A DNA stretch of 64,000 bases from NCBI GenBank assembly GCA_002269645.1, contig NIVC01003453.1, positions 1 to 64,000 on the forward strand. The letters are read 5' to 3'. The notes under the pieces were generated by a model. The model had not been told where the DNA came from. It did no database searches and saw only the letters and a list, made by a program, of their open reading frames with translations. Made by a program: the position numbers and the translations under genes. The stretch's first letter is position 1; every line of letters starts with the position of its first letter. Source of the DNA: Macrostomum lignano (lineage: Eukaryota). Shown piece by piece: positions 52,179 through 64,000 of the stretch.

Positions 52179-55100
52179 CCTCGACCACCTCCGCCGCCGC
52201 CGCTGCCTCAACCGTCGCTCGACTGAACGGCATCGGCGATCGGTTCGTCGACGGCGGAGCCCCCGCCGCGGCGTCAGCAGGATGGCTGCCTCGGCATCGC
52301 CGCCGGCGCCTTCTGGCTCGCCGCGGATGCCGAGGGCTCGCCGGCAGCCAACTGGAGCCCCCAGGGTGCGCAGCAGCTCCCTGCGGAACCGGCAGCTGAA
52401 CAGGCAGTAGGGCACGATGTTGATGGCGGAGTTGGCCACCACTAGCAGGTTGGAGATCTCCTGGGAGAGGCGGTTGGCCCAAAGAGGAATCGGGTTTTGA
52501 CTGATGAAGATTGGGAAATTTTCCTTTAATGACTGAAGGTAATCTGCACAGCCAATATTAAACACGCTTCCCAATCCCATTCCAATCCCATCCCAACCCA
52601 TCCCATCCCATCCCATCCCATCCCAACCCATCCCATCCCATCCGATCCGATCCGATCCGATCCGATCCGATCCGATCCCATCTCCATCCCATCCCATCTC
52701 CATCCCATCCCATCCCATCCCATCCCATCCAATACCATCTCCATCCCATCCCATCCCATCCCATCCCATCCCATCCCATCTCCATCCCATCCCATCCCAT
52801 CCCATCTCCATCCCATCCCATCTCCATCCCATCCCATCTCCATCCCATCCCATCTCCATCCCATCCCATCCCATCCAATACCATCTCCATCCCATCCCAT
52901 CCCATCCAATACCATCTCCATCCCATCCCATCCCATCCCATCCCATCCCATCTCCATCCCATCCCATCCAATACCATCTCCATCCCATCCCATCCCATCC
53001 CATCCCATCCCATCCCATCTCCATCCCATCCCATCTCCATCCCATCCCATCTCCATCCCATCCCATCCCATCCCATCCAATACCATCTCCATCCCATCCC
53101 ATCTCCATCCCATCCCATCCCATCCCATCTCCATCCCATCCCATCTCCATCCCATCCCATCTCCATCCCATCCCATCTCCATCCCATCCCATCCCATCCC
53201 ATCCAATACCATCTCCATCCCATCCCATCCCATCCAATACCATCTCCATCCCATCCCATCCCATCCCATCCCATCCCATCTCCATCCCATCCCATCCAAT
53301 ACCATCTCCATCCCATCCCATCCCATCCCATCCCATCCCATCCCATCCCATCCCATCTCCATCCCATCCCATCCCATCCCATCCAATACCATCTCCATCC
53401 CTTCCCATCCCATATCATCCCATCCCATCTCATCAGATCCCATCCCATCCCATCCCATCCCATCCCAACCCATCCGATCACATCCAATACCATCTCATCC
53501 CCATCCAATCCCATCAGATCTCACCCCATCCCTTTTTATCCCATCCCATCTCATCAGATCCCATCCCATCCCATCCCATATCATCCCATCCCATCCCATC
53601 CCATCCGATCAGATCTCACCCATCCCTTTTCATCCCATCCCACCCCACCCCACACGGCATCCCACCTGGAACACATAGTTCGCCAGGTTGTCGTTCTCAT
53701 CGCCGCCCTGACCGCTGCCTGCAGCCGCGATGCCGCTGCCCAGCCTCCGGGTGCTCCAGATGAAGTGGGTGACGGCGGCTGGGATCTGGCAGATGAAGAA
53801 CAGCAGCACGACGCCAATCAGCATGACGGTGGTGTCGGTCCGGCAGCTGGCCGCAGTCGCCGAGTTGCCGTCGCCCAGCATCCTCTGCCGAGCCCGGCGT
53901 ACAGCTCTGATGAGGCCGGCATTCATGACCGCCAGGCTGGCGAACGGGGCCAGCACTACCAGCAGCAGCCAGGCAACCAGGTGATAGTAGATCCGAAAAC
54001 TCTCGGACTGTCCGAATGGCGAAGTGTGATACCAGAGCACGTCCGAGTTGCGGACTTGGAGGAACTGGTCGATGCGGGAGCGCCAGGAGGGCTCTCCGTA
54101 GCGCTGCTGGAACCGCAACTGCAGCTCGGCCAGGTCCGGATCGGTCAGGTTCCTCAGGTGAGCGGGCAGCTCTGGCCGCCACAGCGCCTGCTCGAATAGG
54201 CGAGGCAACGAATACAGAGTCGAGCCCAGGAACACCGAGGCGATGCAGCGGCCGGCGAGACGGCGACTGCAGAGGCGTTCGGCGAGGAACGGATGGCAGA
54301 TCATCAGGTAGCGGTCTGCGGTGAAGGCCACCGTCAGCCACACCGAGGCCACCTGAGGGGGTCAATGGATGCTGGTTGCAGATCTGATCTAATTTAATCT
54401 AATCTAATCTAATCTAATCTAATTCAATCTAATCTAATCTAATCTAATTCAATCTAATATAATCTACCGGCAATCTAATCTAATTTAATTTAATCTAATC
54501 GAATCGAATCTAATTCAATCTAAACTAATCTAATCCAATCTAATTTAATCTAATTCAATCTAATCTAATCTACCGGTAATGTAATGTAATCTAATCTAAT
54601 CTAATCTAATCCAATCTAATCTAATCTAATTTAAACTAATATAATTCAATCCAATCCAATCTAATCTAATTCCAATCGTATCTAATCTAATCTAATCTAA
54701 TCTAATCTAATCTAATCTAATCTAATCTAATGTATTCTAATCTCATGTAACCTAATCTAATCTAGTCTCATTCAATCTAATGGCTAGACTAGCATGGCTA
54801 GACTACCAATCCATTCTATGCCAATTATCCTAGGTGTTGCATAGATTAGCAATCCATTCTATGCCAATTATCCTAGATGTTGCATAGATTAGCAATCCAT
54901 TCTATGCTAATTATCCTAGATGTTGCATAGATTAGCAATCCATTCTATGCCAATTATCCTAGATGTTGCATAGATTAGCAATCCATTCTATGCCAATTAT
55001 CCTATATGTTGCATAGATTAGCAATCCATTCTATGCCAATTATCCTAGATGTTGCATAGATTAGCAATCCATTCTATGCCAATTATCCTAGATGTTGCAT

Positions 55101-58100
55101 AGATTAGCAATCCATTCTATGCCAATTATCCTAGATGTTGCATAGATTAGCAATCCATTCTATGCCAATTATCCTAGATGTTGCATAGATTAGCAATCCA
55201 TTCTATGCCAATTATCCTAGATGTTGCATAGATTAGCAATCCATTCTATGCCAATTATCCTAGATGTTGCATAGATTAGCAATCCATTCTATGCCAATTA
55301 TCCTAGATGTTGGCTAGATTAGCAATCCATTCTATGCCAATTATCCTAGATGTTGGCTAGATTAGCAATTCATTCTATGCCAATTATCCTAGATGTTGGC
55401 TAGATTAGCAATCCATTCTATGCCAATTATCCTATATGTTGGCTAGATTAGCAACCCATTCTATGTCAATTATCCTATATGTTGGCTAGATTAGCAACCC
55501 ATTCTATGCCAATTATCCTAGATGTTGGCTAGATTAGCAATCCATTCTATGCCAATTATCCTAGATGTAGGCTAGATTAGCAACCCATTCTATGCCAATT
55601 ATCCTAGATGTTGCATAGATTAGCAACCCATTCTATGTCAATTATCCTATATGTTGGCTAGATTAGCAACCCATTCTATGCCAATTATCCTAGATGTAGG
55701 CTAGATTAGCAACCCATTCTATGCCAATTATCCTATATGTTGGCTAGATTAGCAATCCATTCTATGCCAATTATCCTAGATGTTGACTAGATTAGCAATC
55801 CATTCTATGCCAATTATCCTAGATGTTGGCTAGATTAGCAATCCATTCTATGCCAATTATCCTAGATGTTGCATAGATTTGCAATCCATTCTATGCCAAT
55901 TATCCTAGATGTTGCATAGATTAGCAATCCATTCTATGTCAATTATCCTAGATGTTGCATAGATTAGCAATCCATTCTATGCCAATTATCCTAGATGTTG
56001 CATAGATTAGCAATCCATTCTATGCCAATTATCCTAGATGTAGGCTAGATTTGCAATCCATTCTATGTCAATTATCCTATATGTTGGCTAGATTAGCAAC
56101 CCATTCTATGCCAATTATCCTAGATGTAGGCTAGATTTGCAATCCATTCTATGTCAATTATCCTAGATGTTGGCTAGATTAGCAATCCATTCTATGTCAA
56201 TTATCCTATATGTTGGCTAGATTAGCAATCCATTCTATGCCAATTATCCTAGATGTTGGCTAGATTAGCAATCAATTCTATGCCAATTATCCTAGATGTA
56301 GGCTAGATTAGCAATCCATTCTATGCCAATTATCCTAGATGTTGCATAGATTAGCAATCCATTCTATGCCAATTATCCTAGATGTTGCATAGATTAGCAA
56401 TCCATTCTATGCCAATTATCCTAGATGTTGCATAGATTAGCAATCCATTCTATGCCAATTATCCTAGATGTTGCATAGATTAGCAATCCATTCTATGCCA
56501 ATTATCCTAGATGTTGCATAGATTAGCAATCCATTCTATGCCAATTATTCTAGATGTTGCATAGATTAGCAATCCATTCTATGCCGATTATCCTAGATGT
56601 TGCATAGATTAGCAATCCATTCTATGCCAATTATCCTAGATGTTGCATAGATTAGCAATCCATTCTATGCCAATTATCCTAGATGTTGCATAGATTAGCA
56701 ATCCATTCTATGCCAATTATCCTAGATGTTGCATAGATTAGCAATCCATTCTATGCCAATTATCCTAGATGTTGCATAGATTAGCAATCCATTCTATGCC
56801 AATTATCCTAGATGTTGGCTAGATTAGCAATCCATTCTATGCCAATTATCCTAGATGTAGGCTAGATTAGCAATCCATTCTATGCCAATTATCCTAGATG
56901 TTGCATAGATTAGCAATCCATTCTATGCCAATTATCCTAGATGTTGCATAGATTAGCAATCCATTCTATGCCAATTATCCTAGATGTTGCATAGATTAGC
57001 AATCCATTCTATGCCAATTATCCTAGATGTTGCATAGATTAGCAATCCATTCTATGCCAATTATCCTAGATGTAGGCTAGATTAGCAATCCATTCTATGC
57101 CAATTATCCTAGATGTTGGGTAGATTAGCAATGATTTGAGTCAGTTTGTCGCGGAATTAGGCATACATATCCTAACCCTAACCCTAAGCCTGAATAATGG
57201 TATAAATAGAAAGTCTTACAGATGCACGGCAGCTCGAGACAAAGTCTTGCAAAGACTGGCCCGCCTATTCACCCAGCTGCATCAAATTTCCCCTAGAAGA
57301 AGCAGACTGTTATAGCAGAGCCTGGCAAAGCCTCACTCGAGAGCAGCGGGGAATTACCAGTTCCCTGCTCAGATTATAACATATATAGACGCATAAGCTT
57401 GGGAAAATGATATTAATGAGCATTTTGGGACAATTAATTATCAGAGACACAGGATTTTTTCCCCGAAAAACAGGCAGAAGGCCGAGAGAGCGCCCCCCAG
57501 GGAAATGCAGACGGGCTGCTTGTGAGTCCCTTGATCGGGAAAATACAAAAACAAAATTATCAAAAATGTCTGTTTGTCATTTGACTTTCGATACGAATAC
57601 TGACGGCAAAAAACATACGTAATCTGCGCTGCATATTACTTGCACAAGTGTTTTGCCTGCATTTCACCGTAACATCTCATCCATCAGCTTCCAATCCCAT
57701 CCCATCTCACCCCACCCCATCCCATCTTATCCAATCCCATCCCATCCCATCTTATCCCATCCCAATCCATCCCATCTCATCCCATCCCATCCCATCTCAC
57801 CCCATCCCATCCCATCCCATCCCATCTCATCTTATCCCATCCCAATCCATCCCATCTCATCCCATCCCATCCCATCTCACCCCATCCCATCCCATCTTAT
57901 CCCATCCCAATCCATCTCATCCCATCCCATCCCATCCCATCTCACCCCATCCCATCCCATCTTATCCAATCCCATCCCATCCCATCTTATCCCATCCCAA
58001 TCCATCCCATTCCAATCCCATCCCAACCCATCCCATCCCATCCCATCCCATCCCATCCCATCCCATCCCATCCCATCCCATCCCACCTTCACCTGGAACA

Positions 58101-58431
58101 GCAGGTTGAGCGCATGAGAGTAGATGTATAGGTGCGGCATCCAGCGGGAGTCCCGCCACACCATGTACTCGGGCTGGTCGTGCTGCGCCCTGGTGTCCTT
58201 CAGATAGACGAGCAGCGACATGAGCAGCACGCAGGTGTCAGCGAAGGTCAGCGCAATCAGGTACAAATTAGTATTGCTAATCCGCATGCACCTCTTGCCG
58301 AGCACGCTCAGTGACAGGAGATTAGCGATGAGCCCGATGCAGCACAGGCTGGTCCCAGCGCAGCCGACCAGGTAGAAGGAGATGGTCCTGGCTCGAATCA
58401 CCGCTTCCTGAGACTCGCCAGCGCCTTCCAT
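52159..58431 (-). CDS. FMRFamide-receptor-like (peptide-receptor-type) class A GPCR, 3 exons
   Basis: Exons (minus): 58431-58093, 54352-53666 and 52460-52159 (52143 if read as given), all phase 0 with GT-AG introns. Motifs: TM1 GLIANLLSLSVL, TM2 YLIALTFAD, TM3 ASVWLTVAFTADRYLMICHPF, TM4 YSLPRLFE, TM6 VLLFFICQIPA, TM7 LVVANSAINIVPYCLFSCRFR. The tail probably needs +1 G in the run 52260-52264. Confidence 0.88.
52570..53655 (+). repeat. (ATCCC)n pentamer array in class A GPCR intron 2
   Basis: Pentamer with ATCTCC/AATACC variants. Confidence 0.96.
54385..54780 (+). repeat. Degenerate (AATCT)n pentamer array
   Basis: In intron 1 of the class A GPCR, next to the exon 2 acceptor region. Confidence 0.92.
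54800..57130 (+). repeat. 43-bp minisatellite in class A GPCR intron 1
   Basis: Unit GCAATCCATTCTATGCCAATTATCCTAGATGTTGCATAGATTA, about 54 copies. Confidence 0.97.
57680..58086 (+). repeat. (ATCCC)n pentamer array at the donor end of class A GPCR intron 1
   Basis: Starts about 7 nt from the donor. Confidence 0.95.
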
Positions 58432-58559
58432 TCAGACTCTTCAGCGATGGCCTGCAATGCTTGACGCCTTGGCGGCTTTTTATCATGGCGCAGGGACCAA
58501 TGGGAAGAGGATTAGCAGTATTGGCTGGTCATGAGAATAGCGTGCCGAATGCTGAGCTC

Positions 58560-59840
58560 ACCCCTAGCCTTCACTCTCACCCATACCCTTCACTCTCACC
58601 CATACACTTCACTCTCACCCATACACTTCACTCTCACCCCTACCCTTGACTCTCACCCATACACTTCACTCTCACCCCTACCCTTGACTCTCACCCATAC
58701 ACTTCACTCTCACCCCTACCCTTGACTCTCACCCATACCCTTCACTCTCACCCATACCCTTCACTCTCACCCATACACTTCAATCTCACCCATACACTTC
58801 ACTCTCACCCCTACCCTTGACTCTCACCCATACCCTTCACTCTCACCCATACACTTCACTCTCAACTCTACCCTTCACTCTCACCCCTACCCTTCACTCT
58901 CACCCATACACTTAACTCTCACCCATACACTTCACTATCACCCCTACCCTTCACTCTCACCTCTACACTTTACTCTCACCCCTACCCTTCACTCTCACCC
59001 CTACCCTTCACTCTCACCCCTACCCTTCACTCTCACCCCTACCCTTCACTCTCACCCCTACCCTTCACTCTCACCCCTACCCTTCACTCTCACCCCTACC
59101 CTTCACTCTCACCCCTACCCTTCACTCTCACCCCTACCCTTCACTCTCACCCATACCCTTCACTCTCACCCATACACTTCACTCTCACCCATACACTTCA
59201 CTCTCACCCCTACCCTTGACTCTCACCCATACACTTCACTCTCACCCCTACCCTTGACTCTCACCCATACACTTCACTCTCACCCCTACCCTTGACTCTC
59301 ACCCATACCCTTCACTCTCACCCATACCCTTCACTCTCACCCATACACTTCAATCTCACCCATACACTTCACTCTCACCCCTACCCTTGACTCTCACCCA
59401 TACACTTCACTCTCACCCCTACCCTTGACTCTCACCCATACCCTTCACTCTCACCCATACCCTTCACTCTCACCCATACACTTCAATCTCACCCATACAC
59501 TTCACTCTCACCCCTACCCTTGACTCTCACCCATACACTTCACTCTCACCCCTACCCTTCACTCTCACCCCTACCCTTCACTCTCACCCATACCCTTCAC
59601 TCTCAACTCTACGCTTCACTCTCACCCATACCCTTCACTCTCACCCATACCCTTCACTCTCAACTCTACCCTTCACTCTCACCTCTAGACTTTACTCTCA
59701 CCTCTACACTTTACTCTCACCCCTACCCTTTACTCTCACCTCCACACTTTACTCTTACACCTAACCTTCACTTTCACCTCTACCCTTCACTCTCACCCCT
59801 ACCCTACACTCTCATCCCTTCACTCTCACCCTTACCTTTC
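58560..59840 (+). repeat. 19-bp minisatellite (CACCCATACACTTCACTCT)n
   Basis: About 65 imperfect copies. Confidence 0.94.
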
Positions 59841-61290
59841 ACTCTCACCTCTCTCCCTTCAATCTCACCTCCTCTCCCTTCAATTTTCCCTTCTCTTCCT
59901 CCAATCTCACCTCCTCTCCCTTCAATCTCACTCTCTCCCTTCAATCTCCCCTCTCCCTTCAATCTTACCTCTCTCCCTCCAATCTCACCTTTGTCTCTTC
60001 AATCTCACCTCCTCTCCCTTTAATCTCACCTCTCCATTCAATATCCCCTCTCCCTTCAATCTCACCTCTCTCCATTGAGATTACCTCTCTCTTCAATCTC
60101 ACCTCCTCCCCCTTCAATCTCACCTCCTCTCCCTTCAATCTCACCTCCTCTCCCTTCAATCTCACCTCCTCTCCCTTCAATCTCACCTCCTCTCCCTTCA
60201 ATCTCACCTCCTCTCCCTTCAATTTTCCTTCTCTCCCTCCAATCTCACCTCCTCTCCCTTCAATCTCACTCTCTCCCTTCAATCTCACTCTCCCTTCAAT
60301 CTCACTCTCTCCCTTCAATCTCACCTCCTCTCCCTTCAATCTCACTCTCTCCCTTCAATCTCACTCTCTCCCTTCAATCTCACTCTCCCTTCAATCTCAC
60401 TCTCTCCCTTCAATCTCACCTCCTCTCCCTTCAATCTCACTCTCTCCCTTCAATTTCACTCTCTCCCTTCAATCTCACTCTCTCCCTTCAATCTCACCTC
60501 CTCTCCCTTCAATCTCACTCTCTCCCTTCAATCTCACCTCCTCCCCCTTCAATCTCTCCTCCTCTCCCTTCAATCTCACCTCCTCTCCCTTCAATTTTCC
60601 TTCTCTCCCTCCAATCTCACCTCCTTCCCTTCAATCTCACCTCCTCTCCCTTCAATCTCACTCTCTCCCTTCAATCTCACTCTCTCCCTTCAATCTCCCC
60701 TCTCCCTTCAATCTTACCTCTCTCCCTCCAATCTCACCTTTGTCTCTTCAATCTCACCTCCTCTCCCTTTAATCTCACCTCTCCATTCAATATCCCCTCT
60801 CCCTTTAATCTCACCTCTCTCCATTGAGATTACCTCTCTCTTTAATCTCACCTCCTCCCCCTTCAATCTCACCTCCTCTCCCTTCAATCTCACCTCCTCT
60901 CCCTTCAATCTCACTCTCTCCCTTCAATCTCACTCTCTCCCTTCAATCTCACCTCCTCCCCCTTCAATCTCTCCTCCTCTCCCTTCAATCTCACCTCCTC
61001 TCCCTTCAATTTTCCTTCTCTCCCTCCAATCTCACCTCCTCTCCCTTCAATCTCACTCTCTCCCTTCAATCTCACTCTCTCCCTTCAATCTCACTTCCTC
61101 TCCCTTCAATCTCACTCTCTCCCTTCAATCTCACTTCCTCTCCCTTCAATCTCACTTCCTCTCCCTTCAATCTCACTCTCTCCCTTCAATCTCACTTCCT
61201 CTCCCTTCAATCTCACTTCCTCTCCCTTCAATCTCACTTCCTCTCCCTTCAATCTCACTCTCTCCCTTCAATCTCACTCTCTCCCTTCAC
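59841..61290 (+). repeat. 21-bp minisatellite (CTCCCTTCAATCTCACCTCCT)n
   Basis: Grades out of the 19-bp array; contains an internal duplicated block (~59950-60100 vs ~60700-60850). Confidence 0.94.
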
Positions 61291-61699
61291 TCTCAAGGCT
61301 GGAAAATTAGGGGGGGGGTCAGGAGAAAAGTTGCTACACGCAAGAATTCACATGTTTTGGGCCAGTCCAAAGGAAGCTCTCCAAATTTTCCCAGGAAATG
61401 GGAGCAATTAACGTGAGAATAATGACCTTAGTTCGGAATCATAATCTGGAGCTCGCCTGAAATCCTGCAAGGCACGCAAGGCTAATTGAAAAAAATGGTT
61501 AGATTATTTAATCCAACTCTCACAGAGACAGAAAACTGAACTCTTTTTCTGTGCCTCCATTGTTTATCACCTCGTGCGGCTTCAGGGGGGCATTAAGGGT
61601 GCGTGCCCGCTGGAATGAAAAGGTAGAAATATGCTGCTTATGAAGTCAGAGGCCTGAAGTTAGAGAGTGGGGGAGAGTGGGGGAGAGTGGGGGAGAGGG

Positions 61700-63440
61700 A
61701 GTAAGAGACTGAAAGTAGATTGAAAAGAGACTGAAAGCAGATTGATAAGAGACTGAAAGCAGAGTGAAAAGAGACTGAAAGCAGAGTGAAAAGAGACTGA
61801 AAGCAGAGAGAAAAGAGACTGAAAGCAGATTGATAAGAGACTGAAAGCAGAGTGAAAAGAGACTGAAAGCAGAGGAAAAAGAGACTGGAAGCAGAGTGAA
61901 AAGAGACTAAAAGCAGAGGGAAAAGAGACTGAAAGCAGAGTGAAAAGATACTAAAAGCAGAGGAAAAAGAGACTGGAAGCAGAGTGAAAAGAGACTAAAA
62001 GCAGAGGGAAAAGAGACTGAAAGCAGAGTGAAAAGAGACTGGAAGCAGAGTGAAAAGAGACTAAAAGCAGAGGGAAAAGAGACTGGAAGCAGAGTGAAAA
62101 GAGACTAAAAGCAGAGTGAAAAGAGACTGAAAGCAGAGGAAAAAGAGACTGGAAGCAGAGTGAAAAGAGACTGGAAGCAGAGTGAAAAGAGACTAAAAGC
62201 AGAGGGAAAAGAGACTGGAAGCAGAGTGAAAAGAGACTAAAAGCAGAGTGAAAAGAGACTGAAAGCAGAGGAAAAAGAGACTGGAAGCAGAGTGAAAAGA
62301 GACTGAAAGCAGAGGAAAAAGAGACTGAAAGCAGATTGATAAGAGACTAAAAGCAGAGTGAAAAGAGACTGAAAGCAGAGGAAAAAGAGACTGGAAGCAG
62401 AGTGAAAAGAGACTAAAAGCAGAGGGAAAAGAGACTGAAAGCAGAGTGAAAAGAGACTGGAAGCAGAGTGAAAAGAGACTAAAAGCAGAGTGAAAAGAGA
62501 CTGGAAGCAGAGGGAAAAGAGACTGGAAGCAGAGTGAAAAGAGACTAAAAGCAGAGGGAAAAGAGACTGAAAGCAGAGGGAAAAGAGACTGGAAGCAGAG
62601 TGAAAAGAGACTAAAAGCAGAGTGAAAAGAGACTGGAAGCAGAGGGAAAAGAGACTGGAAGCAGAGTGAAAAGAGACTAAAAGCAGAGGGAAAAGAGACT
62701 GGAAGCAGAGTGAAAAGAGACTAAAAGCAGAGGGAAAAGAGACTGGAAGCAGAGTGAAAAGAGACTAAAAGCAGAGTGAAAAGAGACTGGAAGCAGAGTG
62801 AAAAGAGACTGGAAGCAGAGGGAAAAGAGAATGGAAGCAGAGTGAAAAGAGACTAAAAGCAGAGGAAAAAGAGACTGGAAGCAGGGGGAAAAGAGACTGG
62901 AAGCAGGGGGAAAAGAGACTGGAAGCAGGGGGAAAAGAGACTGGAAGCAGAGTGAAAAGAGACTAAAAGCAGAGGAAAAAGAGACTGGAAGCAGAGGGAA
63001 AAGAGACTGGAAGCAGAGTGAAAAGAGACTGGAAGCAGAGTGAAAAGAGACTGGAAGCAGAGTGAAAAGAGACTAAAAGCAGAGTGAAAAGAGACTGGAA
63101 GCAGAGTGAAAAGAGACTGGAAGCAGAGGGAAAAGAGACTAAAAGCAGAGTGAAAAGAGACTGGAAGCAGAGTGAAAAGAGACTGGAAGCAGAGGGAAAA
63201 GAGACTGGAAGCAGAGTGAAAAGAGACTAAAAGCAGAGGAAAAAGAGACTGGAAGCAGGGGGAAAAGAGACTGGAAGCAGGGGGAAAAGAGACTGGAAGC
63301 AGGGGGAAAAGAGACTGGAAGCAGAGTGAAAAGAGACTAAAAGCAGAGGGAAAAGAGACTGGAAGCAGAGTGAAAAGAGACTAAAAGCAGAGGAAAAAGA
63401 GACTGGAAGCAGAGGAAAAAGAGACTGGAAGCAGAGTGAA
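61700..63440 (+). repeat. 22-bp minisatellite (AAAAGAGACTGGAAGCAGAGTG)n
   Basis: About 78 copies. Confidence 0.96.
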
Positions 63441-64000
63441 GGGAGTTACAATGCGGTGGATCTACAGCAGCCAGTAAACGCAGAAGAAGCAACCAGGGGA
63501 GAATTTCCCTCTCGCAAGGGAGGAGCGCAAAGTCCGGCCTGCCCTGTGCCATTCCATCTCTGACCAACAGAGCAAGGATAACTGGAAGCACTTTCGGATC
63601 CAGCTGCCGTCGGCACACGGCTGTAGGATGCACGGGTTCGTTCTCTGTCAGGGAGAGGGGGGTTCAGGGCTGCACACAGAATGCCAGAACCAAGCGCAGC
63701 ACACATCAGCTGTAGTGTTCCAACACGACTGGCGTTCCGCGTTCCCCCAGCCTCTGCGTGGAGTTTATCGATTCGACGGGGCGAAAAGCGAAAGTTCCAT
63801 CTGTCCTTCGCCTGGCTTGCGGGACCAGGTGGGGTTCTGCTTTAGCCTTTAACCTCCCGTCTTTCCGGTGGGAGAAAGAGAGTGCTGAGCCCCAAGATCT
63901 GGGACGGAAGCAGCTTGGCAGTTCCTCGACTACCAGATTAAAATTTCCTGAAATTATTCACAGCTGCCAACGGAGCTGATCGGCTTAGCGATGAGGGCAG

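Noticed and set aside
57171-57190. CCTAACCCTAACCCTAAG telomere-like motif
   Set aside because: Only 2-3 units; too short to call an interstitial telomere.
63440-64000. Unique GC-balanced segment at the window end with several short ORFs
   Set aside because: No recognisable motif in any frame, and it is truncated by the window edge.

Overview
Eukaryotic (metazoan, invertebrate-like) genomic DNA. By my approximate boundaries about 45% is micro/minisatellite, and most long ORFs in the supplied track are translations of those repeats. The repeat-saturated introns and GC-rich exons resemble the flatworm Macrostomum, but that is inference only. Spliced genes I could reconstruct by hand: (1) a 10-exon AASS (lysine-ketoglutarate reductase/saccharopine dehydrogenase, minus, 19928-32966); (2) a divergently oriented 10-exon GPR158/GPR179-like class C GPCR (plus, 36920-50074); (3) a 3-exon FMRFamide-receptor-like class A GPCR (minus, ~52159-58431); (4) a small prepropeptide gene missed by the ORF track (TATA 5278, ATG split by an intron as AT|G, signal peptide, RR/KRR sites, C-terminal GKYIWR(L)). 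Its coding exon is bracketed by inverted 14-bp minisatellite arrays. Also present: an intronless orphan single-pass membrane protein ORF (9058-9723) and a multiply frameshifted SEA-like type I membrane protein fragment (1-1370). AASS intron 7 holds a full-length, apparently young 5.4-kb non-LTR retrotransposon (ORF1; APE-RT-RNaseH-CCHC ORF2; (TAAG)n tail; 13-bp TSD) inserted into a 28-bp minisatellite, with a TAATG stop-start overlap between ORF1 and ORF2. Several frameshifts across unrelated genes are repaired by +/-1 nt in a short homopolymer, which points to long-read consensus errors rather than biology. No rRNA, tRNA or CRISPR array was recognised.
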